Shown: positions 1-13,778 of the stretch, piece after piece
Position numbering within the stretch: position 1 is the stretch's first letter
How the letters are laid out: each line of letters begins with the position of its first letter
Assembly (NCBI GenBank): GCA_002633005.1
Contig: NMRA01000479.1
Coordinates: 1-64,000, forward strand
Source: Phoronis australis
Lineage: Eukaryota; Animalia; Phoronida
Reading direction: 5' to 3'
Length of the DNA stretch: 64,000 nt
Program-made: the position numbers and the translations under genes
The notes under the pieces: generated by a model
The model's database searches: none
Told to the model about the DNA's origin: nothing
The model's input: the letters and a program-made list of their open reading frames with translations, nothing else

Positions 1-4
1 TTCG

Positions 5-89
5 GCGGGGCCTCCTATATTAATATAGGAGGCCCCGCTCTCCGGCCTCCTTTCAGCGAGGCCCCCTATATTAATATAGGAGCCTCGCT
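5..89. repeat. Two adjacent palindromes sharing the core CCTATATTAATATAGG
   Basis: 5-38 is a perfect 34-bp palindrome (gcggggcctcctatattaatataggaggccccgc); 55-89 is a near-perfect second copy (agcgaggc...gcctcgct). Confidence 0.9.
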
Positions 90-461
90 TTTGAGGTCCG
101 AAATTCAATTTTTTACCTATGTCATTTTAATAATAATAAGTCATTTTAAAAAATAAGCTGTTAGTCACGTTCGAAATACCTGACGATGGTACTGAACGAG
201 AGATTTTCTGTTTGTGGAGTGTTTGGAAGTGATATTTAATTGATCCATTCTCTAATTGCATAGATAACCGGCGAGATAAAGTGCAAGTTGTATAACCAAC
301 ATACTCAGATTTTGACATTGTTTGATATTTTAAAACGCACAAAATTTCTTTTTAAAACCATTTTTGCGCCAACAATAAGTTCTAAAGAAGCGTAAGTTAA
401 TTTATGTATGAATGGAAGTTGATAGTGACATGCATTTCTTAACTTTTGAGGTCATTTTCAG

Positions 462-745
462 CACATGTTAACGACGTACACAAGTGCTGGAAGCTGTCGC
501 AGAATGGAGTGGCGAAAAAAATGTATGAAGGAAAAAAAATTCCAAATCATTCTGTCGTTCATTATGTGGAACACTAGCCATGAAATATTCTGCTTTAGTA
601 CGAGGACGGGAATGCTGGTGTGCAGATGATTTCTTTGGAGAGTCAAAAGTTTCTGATGGGGAATGCAGGAGAGTTTGCCGTGGGAAGTACACTAAGATGT
701 GCAAAGGGAAGTTATCCGGTTATTTAATGCACTCTCAGCGTTCGG
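462..745 (+). CDS. WSC-domain exon (phase 1-1), with an apparent 1-bp frameshift in the A8 run at 532-539
   Basis: ttttcAG acceptor ending 461, G|GTATGT donor at 746; reads ..KCWK..NSKSFCRSLCGTLAMKYSALVRGRECWCADD..VSDGECRRVCRGKYTKMCKG, the WSC Cys pattern (CxxxC..ECWC..EC..C.G....C.G). Confidence 0.7.
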
Positions 746-1706
746 GTATGTGTAAGTTTACGCAATTAAAAGCTTGTTTTACGTCTTTCCTTTGCGCCAA
801 CACAAAATCTGGTTCTTACGTAAGCGATATATGTTCATACATGTTAGATAGGGGTGTTAATTGATGAAACCATGAAATATAAACCTCAAGTATACCGCGG
901 CAAGATATTGAAATCACAATTCTTTTTTGTATCCACCACGTGCACCAACACTCATTGCAATAAAACATAGATTTTACTCAAGAAAATTTTGTCTGTCAAA
1001 ATGTTTTACTGAGGTAGGCATGGAACTCTGCGAGATGAGTATCGAACAAATCTTTGGAAGGTTTTTTCACTTGGTCAAACCAAATTGCCTTTGAGAGTTG
1101 ATATTCCTAAAAAAATCTAATAGGCAACGCCGAGAACAAAACATATGACATTGTGGACCCTTAATTGCCAATATTTCTAGAACAACACCAGAATATTAAG
1201 ATTACTTGCATTAGAACGTTGCGATAGAACGTTTATTCAAAGTCAACTATCAAGAAATCTAAGCTGTGCCAACCCCTTAAAGTATATAATTTCTAAATGA
1301 AGAAGGATCAGGGAACATGAAATTACATATACCAAATGCAGATAATAACGTTTACTTAGACCATGAAAACCTCATCACGTATACAATCTGACTATCAACA
1401 CCCCTGCACAGTGCACAGATAAGGGAAAATAAGTGCCAACACTGTGGCGGGAAAACATATTTTATGTCCAATGATGCGCATCCAAGGAACACATCTTGAG
1501 AGTACTTACAATTGCGAACAAATAACCAAACAATACATTGATAAATTAATTGGCACAACGAATGATGGTGTCTCCAGTAACATCTCTGTCCCCGAGAAAG
1601 CGAAGAAATTTAGCTGATCATATACAAGCAGATACTGAAGACCCAATGGGTTGACCTTGCTTACAACAACGTCAATGTAACCAAGTGAAGTTTATATTAC
1701 GCTAGG

Positions 1707-3452
1707 GTAAAGTAAGTAAGTAAGTAAGTAAGTAATATTTTATTATAGTGACATGTGTTCAAATGAATTTAAGCAATGAATACGTTACAAACCCAAGGAA
1801 CACCCAGCCCTCCACGGAGCTTATAAGTCACAGTGACTTTAGATACATGATACAAAAAAGAAAAGACAAGTGTACGCGCATTGCAAGAGGACCAGAAAGA
1901 GAAGGGCGAGATAAAAGTGATCATAAATAAATATAATTTTTCCTTACTTCAAAAATATTTTTGATGAAAACTGAAGTTTTCCTAATAACATCTTTCTTCA
2001 TGATTGTAATTAATTTACTTTCACAGCTTTCTGCACGGAATCGTGGATATTTAATCTCAACCTCAAGCAATAGCTGTAGGGTTCCGGTTCTAATTTGAGC
2101 AAGAATTGACTTACTAGGCCGAGTTAAGTCTAGATGCACGTAAGGCTCAACTTCAAAGACATTCTTCATCAAAACATGGGGTTCTTAACTTTGATTTCGA
2201 ACGGCTTTCAGACAACCACCTATTACATGCTAAATCATGCAAAATATTCTTACAGTGAGACAGATTAACTGAACGTAAGTCATGAAAACAATCCGAAATC
2301 CCTAATTCTTCAAAAATGCTCAAGACTTCAGAAGACCAATTATTAGTACAAGTAGTGTAGTCCCACCAAAATATTCGGTATCTTAGTCTATCATCCTCGA
2401 AGTTAATAATACGATTCCACATTCTCAAAAGCTCAATTTTCCACCTAACACTGGGAATTCCCACCCCATGTCACCCATAACAGCATGATTAGGGGCGAAT
2501 TTGTGAACGCCCAAGAAAAATCGCGGGGCTCTATTCTGAATGACATTATAATCCTGTAGACTAGAGCCGGCCCAGACTCCTACGCAATAATCTCTTACAG
2601 GCACAACACAAGCATTGAATAATGTAGTGAACGTTCTGTACCTCATATTTTTATTCTTTTTAAATTGATTAATTAAAGCGCCCAAAGCTCTTCCGGCAGA
2701 TTCGGATAGAGTTTGAGCAGTTTCAGAAAACTTCAAATGTTCATTTATAGTTATTCCTAAATATTTATATTTGGGGACATAACCTAGGTCTATACGACCC
2801 AACCAAAATGGATATAAACTACGCGAGACATGCTTGGACCTGAAGTGAATAACATTAGTTTTTAACTGATTGACAATTAGCCTCCATTTAGAGCACCATT
2901 TATCAACTATATTCAATAAATCCTGTAAATTTTCTTCGCTCTCGGCATGTAAAACTATATCATCAGCATAAAACAAAGATGAAACAATATCAGCACCGAC
3001 TATTTTAATTCCTTTGCCAAATCATTTATAAATAGTGCAAAAAGAGTAGGTAATAAAACATCTCCCTGTTTGACCCCAACAAGATGTATGTAACCAGTCC
3101 GTAAAGGTATTATTAATCTTAACACAGGATTGAGTTTTGGCATCAATATTTTTAACTGATTCATAAAATTTTCCAACTATCACAAGATCCAACATTTTAA
3201 AAATTAAACTATTTCTATCTACCCAGTCAAAAGCTTTTTGCATATCAATAAAAGTAGCAAATGTGGATTGTTTGTTATTCAAGCGTATAATCGCGGTCAA
3301 AAGAAAGACGTGATCAACACATGCTCTGTCACGACGAAAGCCATTTTGCTCATCAACAAGGAGCCCGTTTTCTTCCGCGTACTTAACCAGTCTATTGTTC
3401 AATACACTACTATACAACTTGTATACGTTAGACAACAAGCTGATACCTCTCT
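1707..3452 (-). mobile_element. 5'-truncated non-LTR retrotransposon (CR1/L2 group), degenerate RT, in the WSC gene intron
   Basis: Frameshifted ORFs 3022-3438, 2425-2976, 2153-2464, 1921-2172 with EQNGFR, FIDMQKAFD, YADD, YKYLG and LAQIRTG motifs; minus-strand AATAAA followed by (TTAC)n tail at 1707-1743. Confidence 0.93.
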
Positions 3453-3794
3453 AACTCAGCGGCGGGGGTGTTTTATTTCTATTAAAGTTCTGTTCATGTA
3501 TTTGTTAATTTGTAGCATTAGAAAGATTCTCCAAAATATGACTTCAGTGTTTTGAATACAAGATCTAAACTAAATTGGCGACCAATCGACATCAGGAACA
3601 CACCAACTTACGTGGTACGTGCGATGTAAATCTAGTGCTGATTTTACCCTTGACACCTTGCTTGCTTCAAATCCTCATTTTTTCGGCAACTGAAAACGAT
3701 TATTGGGGAGCGTAAGTGAACAGTAATAATAGGGTAAAATCAGGTTCACTAACGATTTCGTCATTTCTCAATATTTTCTTATGCATTGTTTCAG

Positions 3795-4112
3795 CAAACG
3801 ACATTAATAAAATTGTGGTAGAAGGATGTTACAGCACAGGCACCATTACCCATCCGATCCCTTTACTGAGGCGTGGTACAGAAACGACATTAGGCATTTC
3901 TAAAGAAGACTTAACACCTAACGCCTGTAAGTCTTGGTGTCGAAGTAAAATGATGCCGATCATGGGCTTGGAGAAAGGAATTAAATGTTGGTGTGGAAAC
4001 ATGGTGTCTATCATAACTTCTAACCTTGTTGACAACGAGTTGTGTTCTACACCGTGTGGTGGTAACGGTAAACGTCTTTGCGGAGGAGAATACCACATGT
4101 ACATCATGCAAG
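3795..4112 (+). CDS. WSC-domain exon (phase 1-1)
   Basis: tttcAG acceptor ending 3794, G|GTAAC donor at 4113; open frame GCYS..LTPNACKSWC..MGLEKGIKCWCGN..CSTPCGGNGKRLCGG, a typical WSC domain. Confidence 0.88.
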
Positions 4113-6089
4113 GTAACAAAGCTTACATTCATGTTTTAATTAGGTAGAATAAACATCAAATCAGGGCCGTAGTAAGCTTAGGGCTGGGTGGAGTATGTCA
4201 GGGATAAAGCCTGCCAACCAGCATAAGATTGGTTGGGTGTGCAATTAATAGGCAATCACCAAGGTGTAATGTTCATAAACCAGTAGTAGTTAGGAATTGG
4301 TGAAAGCCAACTCAAGTGGCAAGTGTTATAATACTGACAGAAATACAATTGTTGACATGTAACTGAATCATTTTGTGAAACCCTGAATTATTAAATGAGT
4401 GTGCCACTCCACAATAAACTGGCAAGTTGTCTATCCTGTTTGCATTCATGTCTCAGATTCTGCTAAAAATTCTGACCTTCTGTAATACTCAGACGTTATG
4501 TTGTCTAAGACTACTGCAAATAAATATAACGACATTGAGTGCAAGGAAAGTATCACAGCTCAAAACTGTTTGTAGGTTTTGTGAACAAAACAGAGCTCTT
4601 CTATCACATCAGTTTTACCGTCTCTTTACGGTTATAGCATCAATTGAAAGAGTCCTTAAAAATCACCAAGGTAATCATGGAAAAGATATTGAACTTAGTA
4701 GAAAAATAAAGAATCGACACTGTCTGTTCCATTGAACAGTGTTGAAAGGAATGTGTATTTGTTGCCAGCGCAATGCATCATTTGTCACACAGAACTCCAC
4801 AACTAAAAGAAAACCTACATGTATCCCAGTTCCAAACACTCACTTACCAAAAGGCCTACTTATTCTTTATTCGAAAAACTGCCATTTATGTTAAAAAATC
4901 TTTTTATGCTAGAGAAAAAGAATTATTTTGCTTGATAAGTTTCCAGTATTAGTCGTCCCAATATCAAAGGTACTAGCAGTAGTATTCACCTACATGTGAA
5001 TGATCAGCATTGGAGTTTTTGTACGTCCAAGCCTGTTTTCCGCCTCTTTATGTACAAACCTGAGTAGTGTTTGGAATTCGAGAACTATAAAAATGCAAAT
5101 ATTGCCATGTTGTGTGATTTATTATCTTGAAAATTCAAATGCTGCTCAGATTTCAATGTCTCACATTTTGGATAGTCTTGAGTTTGAGAAATTTAGGAAT
5201 AATTTTACTCTTCAAATTTTGTGTAATCTAAATCTGGAACCGTTAAAGAAATTTATCTCTACGGTTAATAAGAGGATTTTCAGTTAAACAAATAAGCAAA
5301 CAGGTGCAAAAACTCATGCCTTGCCCTGTTTAAAACGAAGTTGTGTCGTACATTTCTTCTGAATTATATGTAGTGTATACATAAACTAAATAAACTATAA
5401 TGAATATTTAGATTGCTGGCAAGTTTTTTTCCTTTTTTAATTATTGTGAGTGAACCATAGCATCTACTTGTTTTAATGTTAAATTGCACTAAACATTTCA
5501 GCAATGTAATTTTGTGATCTGTATCGTATTCATTTTATTCAAATAAAGAAAATAAGATATAAACCACACTGAAGGGGTCGTGCACTAGGATCACCCCCCT
5601 AGAATTTCACTGACTAAAACGATGGATAAGACGCTACCGCATAAGCCTCAGATACTTGAAAACTACATGTACATGTATGAAGGGCAAATTTCTCCAAAAT
5701 AAATGTTTTTGTACCACGGGAGTCCTTTTTAAGGACGATGATGTCAAAACACGTAAACTTTCTACGATAAGTTAATTGATGTAACAATAGAGCAATTGTC
5801 TCTTACTCCCGTAATTGTTCTGTTAAGATGCAGTCTGACTAAACTGCTGCTAGCGATAACAAATGTAGCACTGTGGCAACTTAAATCTCCAGCCAAGCAC
5901 CAGTAAACGTTAACCTCAATGATATTTGACAGTCCGTTGACATAGAAAATCAACTGGGTATAAAACAACGCCATATGTGTAGGTTTGGCAGTTTTCCAAG
6001 TGGCAAAATATCAACGATTGATGAACAATTCCAACTTACCGTTTCCAAAAATCAACTTCAATTTCCCCATAAAGTGTACGTTTTTTGTC

Positions 6090-6380
6090 TGAAGACAAGG
6101 TTTCAATGAAAACTATTTCGGACCAAGTTTTCGGAACGAACATAAGTTTCCATGTCTTAAGTTCTCCAAAACTTAAACTTTAAAAAAATCCTCGAAAAAC
6201 TAAAACTTTGTAATGAAATATCAATTTTGTTTCAAAGACTTTATTCAAAATACTTACGTTTTTGAACAGTGTAAGTTCCAGAAGCTTAAGTTTTTCAAAT
6301 GGTAGATTTCTAAACATTAACTTCCATTGATCTAAATTTTAAAACCTGAAATTTTTCAAGACCATACCTTTAAATAAGAC
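6090..6380. repeat. Array of short quasi-palindromic AACTTAAGTTTT-like motifs (probable DNA-transposon subterminal array)
   Basis: Repeated aacataagtttc / cttaagttct / cttaagttttt units; inverted similarity to 12690-12850. Confidence 0.5.
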
Positions 6381-7399
6381 AAGTATTTAGAAAGTATGGA
6401 TTTTAATAAGTTGCAGTAGAGCGGTGTTCTATCAACAATCCATTAACAGTGATTAATTGCAGAAAAAGAAATTTCTTTGCTCAAAACATACTTAAATCCT
6501 TAAAACACCTGGGCGTTAGTGAAACGTAATGAACTTAAAAACCAAAATCTTTTCGAGATTCAATTCATTAAGTTTCGTAAATGCTTTGAAATTAAAACTA
6601 AATCTAGCAAATTATGTGTTTCACTCTATGACAATAAGTGTGAATTTAGGGAATTATAGATCATATCTTCTAAAAACAGAGCGTGAAGTTTAGCCTGTAC
6701 AGCCATGCTACACATTTAACTATTCCCCTTGAAGAGAGCGGCACGCTCCCGATGGCTTCAATTATATAGTCCAGTTGAAATTATTTAATTTTTATTATTA
6801 CAATATTGATTAATTATCCACGTTGACCTTAATAGGGTGATTTTTAATCTTCGACAGATCAACTGTGTCTTGAACGGTCAGCCAGAACTGCCGATTATCA
6901 CATTGTATCGTTGGAGCATATCATATAATGCGCTCAATCCTCAGACTTTCCACACATTCAAGCAGCAAAGAAACTAAGTGCCAACCTCGCAGCAGCAACT
7001 ACCCACAGTACACTGCTGGTGTGTTAGTGCCGTGTCCTTTACACAGACACTGGTAGCCACTCAATACATGTATGCCCACTGTAGCAAGTATTTGACACTT
7101 TAATTTCAATTGACAAGTTTTATTCTCAGCAATTTAATATTCATTTCACAATTTGAAAGACAACAAGGCAAACCATCACTACTGGGCTGTTAGAGGCGAT
7201 TGTAGCCATGAACGTCACCAACGCTTTCTTCGCGAAGAATTGTCCTAAAGCCTACAAGCTATGTGGTCACAGTGGCGGATTCCGATTCAGTAATTGATTG
7301 CAGCGATCAATAATACTAATACTAATACAAAAAGCAATCCATGTTCTCTCTTTCATTCAGTTCCATGAGTTATACAGCACACATCACGAATTTTTTTCC

Positions 7400-7563
7400 G
7401 CCCGGTCGGAAATTGGTCGACGACTAGCCGTCGACCGGTCGGCCAATTAGCCGACCGGCAGCCGCCCGCATTGTCGACTCATAAGGCGACTCCCCAGCCG
7501 ACCCTTCAGCCGACCGGCCATCAGCCGACCAGCTGGTCGGCTGCTATTTTTAGGCTAGAGTAG
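7400..7563. mobile_element. Probable CMC/EnSpm-type transposon terminus with AGCCGACC subterminal repeats
   Basis: Many direct and inverted agccgacc/ggtcggc motifs, ending in ...tttttaggctagag|ta; partner end not found. Confidence 0.45.
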
Positions 7564-8830
7564 CAGTTGCGTAATAGGTTGTCAGGCTGATGCCACTTTG
7601 CGTGTCGGCGCATATTCGTCTAAGCACAAGGTCAAATAACTTAACCTAGTTTTACTGTCTCGGTTACATGAGTTCACGTCGGTTGTGTAACACCACTAAT
7701 GCGTTTTCTTTATATTTGATCTTTAATTTGACTCGTGACGTTAACAAGATGTATTAGATTGGTTGCTTCCCGGTCAATACAACGCTGTAGTCATTTTGTA
7801 AACGCAGCTATTTTAACAGTCTTCGCCCGCAATTGATTTTGTTTGCCAAACTGCATCTTTTTGCGTTTTTTAAGTTAGTCACCGGTCTTCTATCACGCGC
7901 TCATGATGATGGATTAGTGAGTGAGTTGTTACATCGCGAAGAGCTCTCACTCCGGGGATTTCATTTTCATAGTATTGACCCTTGGAGTACAGACGCGAAA
8001 TTAACGGTCCAGTATGCCCTAAAACCCACGGACTTCGATGGCTCTAACTTCGAAATCATATTATGGTTACGATTTCCACGAACTAAGACGGTGACATCAC
8101 CACTGCTGAGGCTGCAGGCAATTGTAGCTTTGCGCATTCCGTTTTCATGTATCGGTGACGTTAAAATCCGGGCTAGCAGTTACATGTATACACGTAGTCC
8201 CCTACCAAGCTGGTCGTTCACGTTGTTCCAAAAATAAATATTTTCTGTCAACAACATATTGACAAATTATGCAAAATAAAATAATTGTGAACGGGAAGAT
8301 GTGAATACGTGATGAAGAATTATTCACTACGCGGCATATGTGCGTGAACCTTTGGTAAAGCGGTTGCCGAGGCAAAAATGATAGAAAATACACAAAGGTG
8401 CACTTTTGAGAAGCAAAGCGTCTGGTGATATTGATAGCGTATGATCTTGCCACCTTAGGTAGAATGAGAAGTGGCAACTACAAAATAAAAAATAAATANC
8501 CCCCCCGAGTTTTGCACATTCCAATGAGTCACCACTCGAGATTTGGTTCCATTTCAGTCCTAAAATCGCAGAATAATTCTTCTGTTCTCAGCTGTAAAAA
8601 AATACAATTTTTTGAAACGGTGCTCAGTCTTAAAATAGTTTCCAGCATGAAATGAAATGCCAAGTACACGCAGCGTTGTAAGACAGAGAAGTTGGCGTTT
8701 CCGCATGTCCACAAAAGTGCTTTGAGCTCTGTTTATAATTTTTTTCATTTCGCTTTTCTACACTGACGACTATGGTCAACTCGGTGTTTTAAAAAAGTAC
8801 ACTTTTGAGGGCATTTTCAAAAATAAATGT

Positions 8831-11280
8831 TTGGATGATGAATTCAGCAAGTCGGTGTCCACGGGCACAATACGGTATCTGCGTAAAGAAAGAGTTGTGT
8901 TTTCAAAACATTCAGAGCATGAGCTCAAGGATTACCTGAGACTGGTATTCTTGTCCAATGAATATATACCACTTGGAATACTGTTACCCCGAAGAAATGT
9001 GCAAAATACGAACGTCATTTACGGAAGGTTGTACTAGAAGTGATTCGTTGCAGTGGAGCAGCCACGGGATAGTAAAAACACTGTGTTGTACACTAGTTAG
9101 CTGAATGGAAAGCTGAAGCTAAAACATCCAGAACACACATTTTCTATTCAGGAATTGAAATCTCTGTAGAATCAAAAACAATTGGCAACCAGGATTCATT
9201 GTGTCAGAAAACTTATCACGCCAGGAGAGAGAGTTGTTTTCAAGCCCGGTGGCTACGTGATCACCCATTATGCAATGGTGACAATCCCGTGTGTACCTAT
9301 ACATTGGCATCTATTGTAAAACGTGGATTAGAAAAAAGAAATTCAACCACATTTCCAAGATAATAGGTCTGTTGTCGGCGAGAGGTTGAACATATAGCCC
9401 TTGTTTATATGTATACATGTAGTACGGACATTATCACTTTGAAAGATCCATGCTTGGGGATGGTGACGTGTTGTTCTGGCGTGAAAGTTACTGACATGGT
9501 AAGTTTTTGAACTTGACTTATTAAATTTTCAGTTCTGCCGTATTTTATTTTGATCCTGAAGTGAAGAATTTTTGGTCCTCACTTGATAAATTATAGGTGC
9601 TGATGTGATAAATTTTCAGCCTTGACGTAGTGAATTTTGGTCTTTATTTACTCTGTGGTCTTCTGTGTGAAAACAATCTCAATGTATTGGATTGTTTTAA
9701 TTCCTGCTTAAGTAAAATTTCTGGTTTTGAGATATTTATTTTTAGTCCTGGAGAGTTTCTCATGTTTTGCTTGGTTTTAATCTTGCATAGAAAAGATATG
9801 TCGTTAAATGTTTCAAATTAGGCCTCCCATAAATATGGGAGAGCAGGCTGTGTACATCGTACTTAACTTCTTATATAAATCTAGGTGATTTAGTAATACT
9901 ATGAAAAATGAGTAGTTATGACTATGAAAAATGAGTAGTTCAGGCTTCTTTTGAAATACTGTATCCTTTTTATATGGCTGGTGTAGATGGCTCAGTGTGA
10001 TATTATGTAAGCTTTATTATCCTCTATGGCTTAACAAATTTTGCTGAGATGTTGTCATCATCTAATGGGAGAAGTTGAAAACATTTAGGAAGTGGCGCGT
10101 GTCACGAATGAACTTTTTTCTAAACGACGGCATACGTTTTTTCGTAAAAAAGTCAGATAATTACGCAGGAAGATGACGTCGGATGTTTTTCGCTTAAACG
10201 GCCGTAACGGGTAAGTCTAATGCCAATTGACTTCTAGATTTTGCATGCACACCCGCCGCTCTTGAGCTCATGTTGATACAAGCTTTTCGACGAGGTGACA
10301 AGCGTAACAATCTGGGCTGTGTGAAGTTTCGAGGTCTGTTTGATCTCAATAAGCAGTGGCACCTTGCTGTATTTTGAAAATAGTCTTTATACAACTAGCT
10401 GGCTAGATAGGAATGCTCTAGTTTCGAAAAGATTTTTTACAGCGAAAGTGACAACAATTTCAGAATGATGATGGATGACACTATAAACCGATCACAGTCT
10501 TCCGTTCTCATGCGCCCATGGTCTTAACATCGACGCTTTGTTCAAACCATTGTTTATGCTGTTAAACAATGAAAAGTTCATGAAAGTAATGAGAATTGTA
10601 GTTGATTGCAGTTGCCAACAGTTTCATTATTTGATAAAAATATTAATTAATTTGTCATAGAACTTGAACTAAAAAGTTACAGAATACGATACCTGGTTAG
10701 CCTGAAGTCCAACTTTTGTTAACACATTAAGTTTTGTCATATGCACGGTTTGATCTAGATTGTAATAGCCTGATAGGTGACCATGTACATGTTTTGTATT
10801 CAAGTTGAATGTCGCGAATCCAGGATTAAAACTTCATTCAAAACAGTAAGTGGAAAACTGACCCACTGCAGTGCATGCTTGAAGTAAACTTGCAGACTAG
10901 TCTTGCACTTGAATCCTGGAGAGTGAATGGTTAAATTTTGAGTTTGAAGACTATTTTCTAGGCTCTTTATATAAGTCAGGAAGTTTTACAAATCAGTGGT
11001 CTATAAACAGCACGATAAATATCCAGGAAGTTAAGTTGTGTTATACTTATAGCTTTTAGCCGTCTGTTATTATTTTTTTGTCTTTATTGCAGGGTGTGCC
11101 TTCAACAATCGTTGGATAAGGAAGGCTACCCAGACAACGCAACGTACGCACTTACATGTACGAACTGCACCTCAAGAACCTATGTATTCAGTTATCTGAG
11201 CTCAGAAACGCACGTTTGTAGTCACAAAACATGGATTATTTGCCTGTGAAGCTAAGCGAGCAGATCCAGCTAAAGAAGAT
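8831..11280 (+). pseudogene. Highly decayed Kolobok-like (Mutator-like domain) transposase relic
   Basis: Ordered weak motifs across frames: QWSSHG (~9050), HIFYSG (~9140), QKTYHARRELFSSPV (~9205), YGHY (~9423), HPPL (~10248), SKRFF/YSE..FRM (~10425). Confidence 0.3.
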
Positions 11281-11304
11281 TAAGTGGCTTGTGGTCTACC
11301 ATAA

Positions 11305-11803
11305 GGCCCTTTCACATTGACTTAACTCTTGTCTGAGCAGAGCATCGGAGTACACTGCGAAGTTAACTGGACCGTTCTTTCTGTCTTCAGTAGTTAATGA
11401 ACTTCGAAGTAAACAGTAGGTGACGCTGTCGTGATCGAAGGTATCGCAAGGTAGCACTGGACGCTAAGATGTGACAACTTGGGAACATTTACATGTGTTA
11501 ATTGACATCAATTTTATTTTAAATTGATTGGTGATTATTATAGCAAGGTATAAGCAACTATTAGCCATCACACTACTATGCATTTGTTAATGATAACAGT
11601 GGCCCCTGGCAATAACTTCGATAGGACTGAAGTTGACCGTTTATACTGCTTGGCAGCGTTGACGCTAAGCAATTAAATCCACCTGTTTAGTGCGAATTTT
11701 ACTGGCACTGTTAACTTCCTTCCAGGACCAAAGTTTAAGCGTTCATACTGACATGAACTCCCAAAAACGTTGACGCGTCGATGTTAGTAAGTGTGAAAGG
11801 CCC
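11305..11803. mobile_element. PIF/Harbinger-type MITE (~500 bp)
   Basis: TIRs ggccctttcaca / tgtgaaaggccc, flanked by TAA and TAT (near TWA TSD); no ORF. Confidence 0.75.
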
Positions 11804-12689
11804 TATATGTATAAGTTCAGTAGCTTTAAATTAAAGGAGAAAGAATATTTTTGTGGTCAAAGGTCTAAGTTTTCTAATTTCCATCGCGTATAACCAGATT
11901 GTACTTAGGTTTACTTTCATTGAAACTTGTTCGCACCATTGAGTGTATTGGATTTACTGTTACCGATATTATGATTGTCAACAAAATGAAACTTTGACTT
12001 TTAAGTTGATATTTTAAGGTTGCAAACATTAATAGGTGATTCTAGGCACTATTTCTAGCATAAGGATTGTACTTCCCAAAATCAGACCTTAGGCCATTTG
12101 CGATAAACTTTTAGTTTCCTGTTACGTTTTATGTTATGCTTTTGTCTCTGCGGATATTCTTTAATTTTGCATATTAAGTGATTTGTTATTCTTGGTGTCA
12201 TTGCTGTAATTTTAGTTGAAAAAGTCAGCTGTTGAAACGTAGACTTTTGTTGTAGTCCTTCCTGGCAATGTAATCACATTTTCTTTGGTCGTGTTTCATG
12301 ATTTGGTAGTGATTTATCTATTTGTACATTCCATTTTGCTCCCTCAGTTAAAGCATAATTGTCATAGACTGAGAACGATGTAAATATGAATATATTATTA
12401 GCCTCATTTAGTTTTCACTGCATTGTATGCATGACACTTGATGAACTGATCTTGAAATGTTTCTGGTTTTTCAGATTTTGATATTTCACTTTTGTTCACT
12501 TATATTAAGGAACTAGTGTGTATTAGGAAGTGCATTTTATTTTCTGCAATTAATCACTGTTAATGAAATGTTAATAGAACTCTAGTTTGTTAAATCTTTA
12601 TGAGAATCATTACATTTGTTACGGTACTCCACTTTTGTTGTAGTGAAAGTCGAAATTTTAGAATGCCTGTCCTATTGAAACTTGTTGCT

Positions 12690-12850
12690 TTCAGAAAACT
12701 TCAGTTTTCAAAAGTTAGTTCCATGAAAACTTATGTTCGGAAAACTTAGTTTTCAAGAACTTCAGTTTTGATGACTTATGTTTGTTACTAAAAACTTGTT
12801 CCAAATCTTAAGTTTTTCAAATACTTAAGTTTCTGAACTTACTTCCGGTT
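12690..12850. repeat. Second AACTTAAGTTTT-like motif array (inverted partner of 6090-6380?)
   Basis: Reverse complement tttggaacaagtttttagtaacaaacataagt aligns to tttcggaccaagttttcggaacgaacataagt at ~6116. Confidence 0.5.
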
Positions 12851-13778
12851 AAAATGGCGGAGCGAGAAGACCTGTTTTGAGGAGCTCTGCTGAGACGCCC
12901 CGCGAAATTCAAATTTCTCATACCGTAGTTGTATTTCTGCTTGCACGTTTTTTGAATGATGGNGCTAAATACAATTATATTGACTTGTAATTTATTGACG
13001 ATTGCATAGTTCCACCATTGCCTGTATTAATCGTGTTAAGTGGGACCATTTGTTTTTCGGTAATACTTTGCACTTATTTACTGCGTACTACACAACCACT
13101 GAGAAAAAAATATGCGTATTTAATTAATCAGTATCAATAATATTTATTGTACATCGTAGGTATTGACTACACATACGTAAATTCCAATGTACAATCACAG
13201 AGCAGTTGTTCTCATGAAGCCATAGGTTTCCAAATATACAATGCGAGTCTCTGAGTATATTCATGACTTTTCTGATTGATTAGTTAACATTCACAAGCTC
13301 TGGTGCAATTAAAATCGTATCCCAAATTCAACGCCAGACATAACATATATTGAAACCTAGAACGTATTCACAGAAACCATTTACAAGATTGATTGAACAC
13401 ACGACCCTTTTCGTTATTGACAGTCTTCATTCCGTTTCGCTCATATGTTCGAAATCGAAACTCTACACTAAACGCAACAGTGATGAAGTAACTGACCAAG
13501 AGACATGATTAAAATGTACACGGTATTTCGAAACATACTTGTTTCATTCTCAAGTGGAAATAAAATGACGCATAATACAACCACAGAGCACAAGCTGGAG
13601 ACATACACAGTGGGACACGGCAGGTTTGAAATACTGCAAAGAATGACAAATGAAGGGGGTTATCAGGAAATTCAGGCAAACAAAAGTAACGAGCGGTCCG
13701 ACCGTATTTGCTGTTCATTCAAAACGGGCTTTTCAAATGCAATCAAAAGAGACTCCCGATACTTTCAATCGCACATCG

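Noticed and set aside
7833-8237. 134-aa plus-strand ORF
   Set aside because: TTG start, no recognisable domain or splice support
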